From positions 2,790,001 to 2,854,000 of the forward strand of contig CP089275.1 of NCBI GenBank assembly GCA_023920165.1: a stretch of DNA of 64,000 bases. Direction: 5' to 3'. Shown piece after piece: positions 48,837-59,702 of this stretch; position 1 is the first letter of the stretch, and every line of letters starts with the position of its first letter. The stretch is from Curvularia clavata. Taxonomy: Eukaryota. The position numbers and the translations under genes are program-made. Under the pieces are notes generated by a model that worked only from the letters and a program-made list of their open reading frames with translations, made no database searches and was not told the origin of the DNA.

Positions 48837-51800
48837 GGTGGAGTAGGCGATCCCGCAGCTGTGGAGGGGCGGCGGAGGATAGCACGGATCGGTTACGATA
48901 TGCGCACATGGAAGACGGGCAATATATCGGGCGCAGTTGCTGCTTGCATTTGTTCGGGCTCGGGTGAACAAGCTCTCGAGAGGGAGCGTGCGTGTTTGCG
49001 ACTCTGGCAATGCCGAGGCGGAGCAAACTTGTGATGTGAATGCGTGCTGGTGAAGGTGTAAATTGTACCTGCAGCGGCCTCAGTCGTCGAGGCCGTCCGT
49101 GCGTCATTCAGTGTCCCGCAGTTGCGAGTGTTGGGTGACTAAGCGCATTTTTTGGGGGGCGCGTTTATGGATGGCTGATGGTGCCCCTCACCGACCATTC
49201 ATAGACAACGATACACAACTGTGAATTGATTTTGCTCAACTCTCACCGTCACAGTAGCCCATGTCGACAATGACTGGCATGCTGCTCGGCTCGAGGTTGA
49301 AAGACTTGCAACCGAAGCGAGCACACTACGCCACTCTACAGCTATGGCGGACCACGGTCACTGTTTGTATACTGGTGTGAGGTTTACACCTCCGCGCCTG
49401 TGTTCTAAGCCTACCAGTCAAGCGGATCGTTTGCCCACGGCACGCGATTGATGCGGTACAGACACGACCACAGCAGGTAGCCGATGTTGTACACAATATT
49501 GATCCGGCATCCATTCGATACCCATGCGACCGATACCCGAGCTTTTGCGATCCCATACAGAATGGATCCCAAGTCCACAGCCACGCAGCCAAGGAGTCTA
49601 CGACGATTCAGTACATTTTTCGCGTATCGCACCTGGCCAGGGATCCTTTTCTGTGAATGTTGAACCAGGTTGCAAGGCAGGGAGGGCTACCGAATACAGT
49701 AGGCAGAGCCAATAACGGGACGCTGAAACACCAAAACCAATAGTGTCGAACACTTTGCCAGCCGCCCCTGAAAAGAGGCACATGGCACCCAGTCCATTTT
49801 GCGACTGGCTGTTATTGACGTACGTTTTACATGGAACAACGGGGCCGCGCCGATGCCATATTGCGTGATGCTTTTTCTGCCACTGTGCCTTCAGGGGTCA
49901 GCAAGGCTGATGCTGCGGCGCGATGTAGACTAGTAGTCACGGCGGTATCGCGGGTGATTCGTGCATGGCATAGAAGCGGTTAAATTCAGACACGAGGAAC
50001 CTTCGTCTACGGTTCATTCTGGACCGAAAATGCAAACATGGAGTCGCTGGGCGGGCGGTGAAGCACTCGACGTGCCAAGCAATAAGCCTTGGGAAAAGCA
50101 CACCCCTGTACTGCTAGTATGTACCTACTACGTATGTACATACGTAAGGACTAGCGACAGAGCTTGCCTTGTCAAAGTGCTGATGTCCGCAGGAAATCCG
50201 CGACCAAGCCAGCGGGAGTGAGCACTATCGATTGCGCGCCGCCGGCCGGCTCGGCGGATACGGCATGGCGAAATTTGGTTGTCCAGTGTGGCTGACCTGG
50301 CTTGGTTGGTGCAACGTCCATGTGTCTACTTGTTCTATTATATGCGATATGACGAGGATCAAGGCCCACCCTGGCCGTGCAGAGGGTTAAAAATGGCATG
50401 CGACTGGACAAACGGATGCGGCGGCAGATATTCCTTTCTGGCAACTGGACAGGCATGCTGGGACCACCAGGCCGTTTTGTGCTTTTTGAGCGGGTCGCTC
50501 TGCTGATCTCCACTGCAGGCTCGTAACTTGGCAGAGTGTTTTTTCCTAGCGGCCACTGCTCCCCTGCGTAAGGGCGACAACGGAACCAGAAGGAAGAAAA
50601 AAAAGGGGAGCAGAGGCCATGGCATCGTCAACGACTTCCAAGAGGGTTGTCCGAGCCGCATGACCGGAAGGCCCTGGAGACACGGCTCGGGCGTGCATTT
50701 GTTGGCTGCAGCGACAAACGGCCAAGGCGAATGTTGGGGCTGGCTTCCTTTTGCGAGGAGAGAGGAGTACTAGGAGTAGGAGGAGGCGTGAGGGCGCTAG
50801 TGACATGGTGAGAGCAAAGTGTGGTGCAGGCACCCCTGAGTGCCCAGCACACCAAGACATGGCTTGGCAATGCTATAGGGCACGCAGCGGCATTGAGGCA
50901 TCGACCCCATTGCCCATTTGCCATGGTCATGCATGCTCCTGCGATGGATGACCAGACCTGATGTCACAGTGGTACCGGCTGCTCATGGGGGGCTGCCAGG
51001 GCGGAGAAGGCCATGCGCCGGTCGCTCTCGCTACACACTCTGCTCTGCGCATACTATGACATGGACGACGGCCACGCCAAACACTCGGGCCCCACGATTG
51101 TTGCCTCGAAACAGAACAGAAACACGTCTTCAGATGGTAGGGACGGGAATCCCAGACAGCTAACGGTAGCCGGCGCATGGGGAGGCTTGGGTGGCCCAAA
51201 ATAACCGCGAGGCCTGCCTGGCACGGAGCGACCGGTGGGCAAAAGTCCATGGCCGTGGAGAGGGGGAAGGGAAAGCAATGGATTACACGGGCCTGGGCAT
51301 GCAAGAGGTTCATTTTCGAGTCAGGTTAGGCGTCGTGTTTTCCCTGCGCCGATCGCACCTCTAACTGCCCCCCACTGCCACCAGCACGCTTGCAGACAAG
51401 TCGCCGCGGCCCAAGCGTTTCCGGTTTTCGTGCCTGTAAACCAGCTCAGTCCCGGTGCAGACGATTCCAGTTCCTGTTTCTGTTTCAACTCCAGGCCTCT
51501 CCTCTTCACCCCTCCCAGCCTGCGTTGCGTTGCCAGCACTGCTCTCGTCCATGGTCTCAGCATAGCCCTTGTCTCTGCTGCGTTGCTTGCCAACCCTTAC
51601 ACTCGTTTATCAGGGCCCTCCCCACGACCAGTTCAAGCCATCCGCCAGCGCTACCGCCGCCTCTAAAACGCCACGCCCGCCCGTCACGAGCTAGCCGCTT
51701 GCTGCTGTGCACTGCATCTCTGGAACCACCACCGTATGCCAGTGTCTTGCGTGTGCGCTTGAGACTGTTTTCTAGCCTTGTACCACTGTTGCCCGCCCAC

Positions 51801-51923
51801 GACACGGCGCAGTGCGACGGGCCCTTCATTTACCCTCGCTACATAGCTGTTCGACACAGACATCACCACCACTCGCTTACTTTTCTTCACAACACGACGA
51901 ATATACCCTTCTAATCACTTACC

Positions 51924-54548
51924 ATGGATCCCCACCACCTCATGGGCCTTGTCGCCCGAGCCGACGACAGCATTCCAGACATCACCAAGCCATGGCCAGC
52001 AAAGGATGTAAGTGCTGCGACTGCAACCCAATGCTCTCCAACATGCAGACTAACCGCCCCAGATCGCCTACGTTTCCATCATTGCTCCCCTCATGTTGAT
52101 GGCTCTGCTCGAGTGGTTCCTTTGGGTGGCTGCCTTCATGTACTGCATTGTCAAGGTCTTCCAAAAGGCCGAGACCATCAGTGTGCGCATCCTGTCCATT
52201 TTCTTTGGTATTCTCTTCTTCCTTCTCCGGTACGTCTGGTCCCTTCTCTCTACCACACTCCATCTGACAGCAACAGTGCCATCTTCTTGCCTATCATGGT
52301 CGTCACTCTGCCTCTCCCCCCACAGGTCAGCAAGTACTTCCCCAAGGCGATGGTTGGCTTCCTCCAGTGGTTTGCCTTTTGGTCCTTTGCCGGTCTCCTG
52401 ACGGTCCCGTGGCTGTTCTGCGTCTACCAGCTCGTTACACACTCCATCGGTCGCTCTCGCAGGATCAAATCTGTCCTCGACGAGTCCTCGGCACCCAAGG
52501 TCGTCATTGTCATGCCTTGTTACAAGGAGATTCCCGAGATTCTGCTCCGAACATGCGACTCGCTCGTCGACTGCGAATACCCGCCCTCTTGCCTTCACAT
52601 CTTTCTCTCGTTTGACGGAGACCAGGAAGACGAGCTCTACCTCAATACCATTGAGAAACTCGGTGTGCCGCTCACGCTTGACTCGTACCCCAAGTCGATT
52701 GATGTCATCTACCGTAGCTGCCGCATCACAATCTCCCGTTTCCCCCACGGTGGAAAGCGTCATTGCCAGAAGAGGACCTTCAAGCTTATTGACAAGATCT
52801 ACACCGAGTACCTCAAGCGCAACGACAACCTGTTCGTGCTCTTCATCGACTCCGACTGTATCCTCGACAAGACGTGCATCCAGAACTTCATGTACGAGAT
52901 GGAACTCAAGCCTGGCAGCAAGAAGAACATGTTGGCTCAAACAGGTGTCATTACCTCTACCACCGAAAAGCAGTCTCTCATCACTCTTCTCCAAGATATG
53001 GAATACGTACACGGCCAGCTGTTTGAGCGTTCCGTCGAGTCCGGATGCGGTGCCGTTACTTGCTTGCCCGGTGCTCTTACTATGCTTCGATTCTCTGCTT
53101 TCCGCAAAATGGCCAAGTACTACTTCGCAGACAAGGCTGAGCAGTGCGACGATCTCTTCGACTACGGCAAGTGCCATTTGGGCGAGGACCGTTGGCTCAC
53201 CCACTTGTTCATGGTTGGCGCAAAGGAACGTTACCAGATCCAAATGAACCCCGGTGCCTTTTGCAAGACCGAGGCTGTGCAAACATACCGATCTCTGCTC
53301 AAGCAACGTCGCCGCTGGTTCTTGGGTTTTATCACCAACGAAGTGTGCATGTTGACTGACATTCGTCTCTGGAAGCGCTACCCCATCCTTCTCGTCGTCC
53401 GTTTCATGCAGAACACCATCCGAACCACGGCCCTGCTCTTCTTCATCCTGTGTATCTCTCTCATGACTACTTCGCAAAAGGTCAAGAACCTGCCTGTTGG
53501 TTTCATCGCCATCTCGCTTGGACTCAACTGGCTTCTCATGCTGTACTTTGGTGCTAAGCTCGGTCGTTACAAGATCATGCTGTACCCCCTCATGTTCGTC
53601 ATCAACCCCTTTTTCAACTGGATGTACATGGTCTATGGTATCTTCACTGCCGGTCAACGTACATGGGGAGGACCTCGTGCCGACGCCGGTACTGCCGATG
53701 CCCAAACAACCCCCCAGCAAGCGATTGAGAATGCCGAGGCCCAAGGTGATGATCTTAACGTCGTTCCCGAGACTTTCAAGGCTGCCGCCGAAGCTAAGAA
53801 GCCCAACGCCGGTGGAGCTCCCCTCCAGCCCTCGGACAACATTGACGGACGCTTCGCCGCTGCACAGCGTTTGCCCAACGGATGGTACCAGCAAGGCAAC
53901 GACTCTGGTCTCACTCTGCCCAACACTATGCCCCGCAACCCCAACGTTCCCCATGTTCCTCTGCATCCACGTGCCTCGATGGATTCCTTTGCCTCCAACG
54001 ACACCTCTGCGCACAACTCCGTCTACCTGCCTCGCCGTGTTGAGAGTTTCATGGATCCTGAGGATGCCCGTGTGTACCACAAGACGCAACAAACCCAGAA
54101 GCCTGCTGGTGGTGCCTACTTCGAGGAGCCTCGCGCTGGACCCTACCAAGTCGGTGTTGGTAAGAGCATGTACAGCGAGTCCGTTGACTCAATCGATGAC
54201 GATTCCGTCTACCAATCTAAGAACGGACAACGACCTGGACAATCGCGCACAGCATCGCCTCTCTCCGTTGAGCAAAAGTCTCCTCTCGAATCGCCAAAGC
54301 CATCGTACAACCGTTCAAACAGCATGGACCAGCGACAGGGACGTAGCCCCCTTGCATACCAGAGTTATGTCCAGACTGCACCAGGCGACGAGATTGAGCT
54401 TCAGGCCCCTCAGCAGAGTAGCTTGATGCGCGATGTATCGCCGGCACCCCTCGGACAACCGGTAATGCCTGCTGCCAGCCACAGCCGGAGCGATTCGACC
54501 GACTCCAAGAAGCGAAAGAGGCTCAGCAAGCAAAAGCCTAGCAAATAA
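51924..54548 (+). CDS. Chitin synthase, ChsD-like (class VI/VII depending on nomenclature, no myosin domain); introns 52008-52062 and 52230-52276
   Basis: FIDSD, TCLPG, LGEDRWLT and QRRRWFLG GT2 motifs with N-terminal transmembrane helices and TWGGPR. Confidence 0.92.
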   Translation: MDPHHLMGLVARADDSIPDITKPWPAKDVSAATATQCSPTCRLTAPDRLRFHHCSPHVDGSARVVPLGGCLHVLHCQGLPKGRDHQCAHPVHFLWYSLLPSPVRLVPSLYHTPSDSNSAIFLPIMVVTLPLPPQVSKYFPKAMVGFLQWFAFWSFAGLLTVPWLFCVYQLVTHSIGRSRRIKSVLDESSAPKVVIVMPCYKEIPEILLRTCDSLVDCEYPPSCLHIFLSFDGDQEDELYLNTIEKLGVPLTLDSYPKSIDVIYRSCRITISRFPHGGKRHCQKRTFKLIDKIYTEYLKRNDNLFVLFIDSDCILDKTCIQNFMYEMELKPGSKKNMLAQTGVITSTTEKQSLITLLQDMEYVHGQLFERSVESGCGAVTCLPGALTMLRFSAFRKMAKYYFADKAEQCDDLFDYGKCHLGEDRWLTHLFMVGAKERYQIQMNPGAFCKTEAVQTYRSLLKQRRRWFLGFITNEVCMLTDIRLWKRYPILLVVRFMQNTIRTTALLFFILCISLMTTSQKVKNLPVGFIAISLGLNWLLMLYFGAKLGRYKIMLYPLMFVINPFFNWMYMVYGIFTAGQRTWGGPRADAGTADAQTTPQQAIENAEAQGDDLNVVPETFKAAAEAKKPNAGGAPLQPSDNIDGRFAAAQRLPNGWYQQGNDSGLTLPNTMPRNPNVPHVPLHPRASMDSFASNDTSAHNSVYLPRRVESFMDPEDARVYHKTQQTQKPAGGAYFEEPRAGPYQVGVGKSMYSESVDSIDDDSVYQSKNGQRPGQSRTASPLSVEQKSPLESPKPSYNRSNSMDQRQGRSPLAYQSYVQTAPGDEIELQAPQQSSLMRDVSPAPLGQPVMPAASHSRSDSTDSKKRKRLSKQKPSK

Positions 54549-55305
54549 GCGCTTTGCCACTTTCGCCTTGGTGCCTTACCACTCATTCACCCACAACGCA
54601 AACCGTCGCGCATCGAGCCACTTTAGCGTTTCACCGTTTCCTTGTTGCTTACACATTAGCCATGCATTTGGGCTTCTTTCCGGCGTTCTTTTAGCGAAAC
54701 ACCACACAACTTAGTGTCTTTTTGCAGACCTATCGGGGTGTACATAACAGATTTTTCTCGGTCCATCCTCTATACGACGAATTCGAGGTTGGCCAGAAAA
54801 CAAATTTTCATGCTTGACTGCACAGGATGTCGTTTTGGGAATTATGACATGGCGTCACTCATTTGGTGTGGAGAGAGAGAGAGATTGTGATTACAACAAA
54901 AAAGCCTGGGAAAGGAGGGTTTAGTATATGTGAAAAGGACCATATGATGGGCCCGGATAGATCACTTTTGCTTAATGTTTAGAATATTATGTCTTGCTGA
55001 AGACGAGAATTGATATGTGTCACTGTCACGGTTTAGCAAAGTGTTCAATGCAATGATGTCAGAGTGTGATGTAAGATTGTGGTCTGGCTGAAACAGTGTC
55101 GGCGGTACTGATACCGAGGGCGGTATGTGCAGCTACAAGCCAGTCATCCTTGCCCGGCCCAGTGAATTCGACCTTGCACGTGACGTATTCTGTAGCTTGT
55201 AGTCCGAACTTTATACTATAGCCACAAACCGTCCTGCAACACGGACAGTTTACACTCAGTACACGCTTCCCCAGCAAACTACATCACTCCCGGGACTTCG
55301 ATGCC

Positions 55306-56076
55306 TTACTTTCCCTCCTTCCGAAACAACTCCGGATGCTCAATCGCATACCTTGCGCCAGCAGCCCAATGATACAGCTTAGCCGCAACCACATACCCCT
55401 CCTTTGCAAACTCCTCCAACCTATCATACAAGTCCGCCACGGGGATATTCACCCTCTGAATGTCCTCTCCCTCATCCAAATGCTGCTCTGGCTCCGGATC
55501 TCCCTCATTCAAATGAATCTCTACCATACAGAGACACATATTCGCGCTCGTCATGCCCGGGTCCGCAGCTACAGCAGGTGAGGTAGACACAACTTTGCCT
55601 TTGTAACCCGTTTCCTCGTAGAGCTCGCGTACAGCGGCTTCCTGGGGGGTTTCGTGGGCGTCAATGAGGCCCGCAGGCCACTCGATGGTGAAGGCGTTGA
55701 CAGGAGGCCGGAACTGGATTACGACAATGGTCGAGGGCGGCTTGGACGGGTGGTAGATTATGTTGCCCATGGCTACGGCGTCAATACCAGAGCTGCCCGT
55801 CGTTTTGCGGCTTGCGATTTCCCATACGCGAGAGGTGCCGCGGGCGTCGGTGTAGGTGGCTTTTTGGAGCTTGATCCATTTTGCGTCCGAGGAGGAGAGG
55901 TCCGTGAGAGAGGTAACTTTGGGCGTGTTGGTGTTTTCAGAGGCCATGGTTACGGCTTTCACGTGGGCGACAAGCGGGGATGGGCCGCGGTGCGGGGTTT
56001 GGGTGTGGAAGAGACGGTTGAGAGGTGAGGAAGTTATTACTCTTTTAGGTGTATGGTGGAATAGCCTTGTTAACAT
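55306..56076 (-). CDS. YSA1: Nudix ADP-ribose pyrophosphatase (YSA1/NUDT5-like)
   Basis: Nudix box GLIDAHETPQEAAVRELYEETG, with QFRPP and DPGM motifs. Confidence 0.88.
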   Translation of the reverse strand: MLTRLFHHTPKRVITSSPLNRLFHTQTPHRGPSPLVAHVKAVTMASENTNTPKVTSLTDLSSSDAKWIKLQKATYTDARGTSRVWEIASRKTTGSSGIDAVAMGNIIYHPSKPPSTIVVIQFRPPVNAFTIEWPAGLIDAHETPQEAAVRELYEETGYKGKVVSTSPAVAADPGMTSANMCLCMVEIHLNEGDPEPEQHLDEGEDIQRVNIPVADLYDRLEEFAKEGYVVAAKLYHWAAGARYAIEHPELFRKEGK

Positions 56077-56514
56077 TCAAGGCGATATCGGATCTTGTTT
56101 GGTCTGAGTGTACTTGTGTTGGTTTGGCCAGGTACCGATGACGTTGTCGAGTTGATTGCGCAGGTGACTAGGAGAGCAGACAATCAATGCTTGGCAGTCG
56201 TGTATACCTCAATTATACAGATTAGTTACAGTATTTCCTCTCTTCTTTACTCTAGATGTTTGGATAGATTGTAGTTGTCAGTGGTTCCAATTGAACGGTC
56301 ACGATTGCATGACCCCGCTGCATTAGCGCCAGGAACACACGGCAGCTCACATAACGTCACGGAAAAGTATCCAGATAAGCAGTGGTTATCGATATCTACA
56401 ACAAGGCCAGGAGGACCAATTCTCAACAGACCCGTTGTTTAAACATTTCTAGATCTTGCAGTTCTGTATACTATTTATTCTTGATTTTGATTACCTATTT
56501 CAGTCTCCGCCAAC

Positions 56515-57753
56515 ATGATCTTGCGCGCCTTCTCACGTGCTACACTACCTATCCCCAAACATCCAACTACCCTGTGTAGGACCTTTTCTTCGACAAATCG
56601 CCTCAATGCAGACTTCACCCACGCTGTTATAGGAGGTGGAGTCGTTGGCCTCGCCATAGCCCGGAAGCTTCAATCCCGCCCGTCCAGCTCCACCATCTTG
56701 ATAGAAAAGCACGGATCCGCAGGCACAGAAACCAGTTCACGCAACAGTGAAGTCATCCACGCCGGACTCTACTATGGGCCATCATCTCTAAAAACCAAGC
56801 TCTGTCTCCGCGGCAAAGCCCTCCTATACGAACTCTGCGAGCAACACGGGATTCCATATCGCAACACTGGAAAATGGATCGTCGCGCAAGACGCCTCGCA
56901 AATGGAGGCGCTGGAAAAAATCCACGATTTCGCCAAGAGCATAGGGGTTCCTACGCGGTTTCTCAGCAAAGAGGAGGCGAAAGACAGAGAACCCGATGTC
57001 CGCGCTGAAGCGGGTGTGCTCGAAAGCACCAGTACAGGCATCATCGATTCGCACTCGCTGATGCAGTACCTCGAAGGCGACTTTGAAGACAAAGGCGGAC
57101 TCTGCGCGTTCAACTCGCCCGTAACATGCATCTCACCCCTTGACTCTGGTCGTGGCGGCTGGGAAATCACAACGTCGAGTCCATCATCCAGCGGGACCAC
57201 CGAAGAAACCACCATCACGGCCTCGACGCTCATCAACGCCGCAGGCCTCTACGCCATCCCACTCTCCAACTCGATCCTCCCGCCTCACCGGCACCAAACC
57301 CCCTTCTACGCCAAAGGCACCTACTTCTCCTACGCCTCGTCGCGGCCCCGCACCTCCACCTTGATCTATCCCGCCCCAGTCCCCGGCCACGCAGGCCTAG
57401 GCACACACCTAACTCTCGACCTCTCCGGCCGCATACGCTTCGGGCCAGACGTCTCCTGGACGGATTCACCCACTGACTACGCGCCCAACACGTCTACGCT
57501 CTCCGCTGCTATCCAAGATATCAAGACCTACCTGCCTGGTGTGGATGAAGAAGCGATAGCACCTGACTACGTGGGGATAAGACCCAAATTGGGGCGGTTG
57601 GCGGCGACGAGCGGGGGTAAAGAGTTTCAGGATTTTTATATTAAGAAAGAGGAAGGGTTTGAAGGATTTGTTAATCTACTGGCGATTGAGAGTCCCGGGT
57701 TGACGAGTTGTTTGGCCATTGCGGAGGAGGTGGAAGGGTTGCTGTATGGCTGA
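56515..57753 (+). CDS. Mitochondrial L-2-hydroxyglutarate dehydrogenase (FAD-dependent)
   Basis: IGGGVVG, ETSSRNSEVIHAGLYY, LGTHLT, GIRPKL and IESPGLTS motifs, preceded by a basic presequence. Confidence 0.92.
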   Translation: MILRAFSRATLPIPKHPTTLCRTFSSTNRLNADFTHAVIGGGVVGLAIARKLQSRPSSSTILIEKHGSAGTETSSRNSEVIHAGLYYGPSSLKTKLCLRGKALLYELCEQHGIPYRNTGKWIVAQDASQMEALEKIHDFAKSIGVPTRFLSKEEAKDREPDVRAEAGVLESTSTGIIDSHSLMQYLEGDFEDKGGLCAFNSPVTCISPLDSGRGGWEITTSSPSSSGTTEETTITASTLINAAGLYAIPLSNSILPPHRHQTPFYAKGTYFSYASSRPRTSTLIYPAPVPGHAGLGTHLTLDLSGRIRFGPDVSWTDSPTDYAPNTSTLSAAIQDIKTYLPGVDEEAIAPDYVGIRPKLGRLAATSGGKEFQDFYIKKEEGFEGFVNLLAIESPGLTSCLAIAEEVEGLLYG

Positions 57754-57933
57754 ATTTGATTCTCCTTCTACTTTTGTGTACTTTCTTCTTGAGATGGAGG
57801 ACTCGTTCTGGAGTCAAAGGTAAAAATAGGTCCAAGCGTGTACGAATATGATAGACACAATGTATCTCCAGACTCGATTGTGTATGACAATACTAGTTGT
57901 ATTCAGTATATTAAATCTATATGCTCGCGCCAT

Positions 57934-59177
57934 CTATCTCTCATCCTCAATCTGCCTCCTCAAATCCTCCAAGACGGCCCTCCTACTCTCCAAATGCGTC
58001 TGCAAGCCCTCCACCTGCTCCTTAACGGTTTCAATCTCCTCTCTGATACCACCAAGGCCCTTCACCGCCCCACCCTCATCATTATCCAACTCCTTGAGCA
58101 CATTGCGCTTGTAGTCAAGCAGGAGCTCCAACTCACGCTTGACAAGCGCCGGCTTGCTATCTTGGTTACGACCATGCCGCCTCTGCTCGACCTCCTTCTC
58201 TACATCCGCCATCTTCTGCTCGAGCTCACGCAGCTGCTTCTTGAGCCGCACCTCCTCCCAGTCTTCTGTTGTGCGGCCCCCGAAATCCGTGCCCTTTGGG
58301 GCTCGAGTAGCGCGGTCGCCGATGCCCAGACGAGTGAGGTATGCGTCACCAAACTTTGCCTTGCGGCCCGTGAGCGTGTTCTCGTCGCGGGTCGTTGCCC
58401 ATCGCGAGTTGGCGGTCGAGTTGACGTCGTAGTCTATGTGTGCCTTTTCAAAGGTGGCTCGTAGCGATGGGGGTACGCTCCGTGGGACGCGGTATCCCTC
58501 GCTTCGTTGGTTGAGAATGTGCAGGAATGTCAGGGCAGCGTCTTTGCCGACACTCTCCCTCGCTTTGGGGTTCACTAGGTTCCATGCGAAGCGTATGTCC
58601 GAGTCTGGTACGTCCTCGAGACTCTCGAATAACCCCGACAGACTGTCAAAAGTGATGTTGCCGTGGCCGTCGCGGTTCGCAGTGTAGATTTCCTCGTATT
58701 TGGCCTTGTCGTTGGGCGACATGAACCAGTCGAAGCCGTCGCGCAGGCCCGGTGTGTCGTCCTCGTCTTCGACCGTCTCGTATGCAGGTTGGGAGCCAGT
58801 AAGGGCGCGTGACGCTTGGACAAGATGTGCTTTTGACTCGGGAACAAGCCAGTCTGGGAGGGCATTGGGCACATCCATAGATACCTGTGGTTGATCGTTA
58901 GCAGGGACGTAGTAAGCTGCTTCAGCGCGCGACATACCCCGTTGATCAGGTCAAAGATCAGTCGCATGGCCACGCAAAACTCCTCAAAGTCTAGTTTCCC
59001 ATCATTGTCCACGTCCGCAAGATCCCATACTCGCTCTAGCTGATCGTCTCTGAGGCGCGAGTTCTTGAGCACGGGGGCTGCTTGTTCACCATCGAGATGC
59101 GTTCCGCCATTGCTGAGTGAGCTGAAAATCTCCCAGTATTTTTCGATTTCGTCTTGTTCGATGCGATTCGGCGCCAT
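57934..59177 (-). CDS. END3: Actin cytoskeleton-regulatory/endocytosis EH-domain protein END3; one intron about 58885-58937
   Basis: [11 protein letters not shown] domain [36 protein letters not shown], and [13 protein letters not shown] coiled coil. Confidence 0.93.
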
Positions 59178-59702
59178 GTTGGTAGGCAGTCTATTTATGG
59201 TTGGAGAACGAAAGAAAGGAAAGTCCGGGGTTTGGGTGACGTTGGAGGTGCTGCGGGCGGTCGGGACGGCGGAGCTGCCTGGCCGCGACTGGTGCTGGGC
59301 CGGAAGCAGGAACGCATCGGGCTGCGACTAGTCTAACCCGCAACACCTCGTCACCAACCTCACTGGAGCATAGTAAGCTTGTTGCAAAGAGACATTGTGT
59401 GCACCTTTACCAATTTGCTCGTATCAAAGACTTTCTCATTCTCTCCTAACTCGGCAACAGAATCTTCAGTGAGGTCAAATTCGATCCATATTTATCTAAG
59501 CAAAAACAACTCCTTATTATAGTTCACATCGACCAACGATGTAGATACAACCAAAGCCAGATCCCCGCATTTTTCCTATATAGTTTACGCCCAAGTGCGA
59601 AATATACATTCAAATGAAAGACAGGACACATCGTGCAAAACATGTCACAGATAAACACCGCTAAATGCAAATAGAATCAGCCTGGTCCAGGGGCCCCATC
59701 AC

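Noticed and set aside
48837..51923. Short ORFs in the UPF2-chitin synthase divergent gap
   Set aside because: No coherent coding signal; consistent with a long promoter and 5' leader.
52068..54149. 693-aa ORF on the minus strand
   Set aside because: Exact antisense shadow of the strongly codon-biased chitin synthase, with no recognisable motifs.
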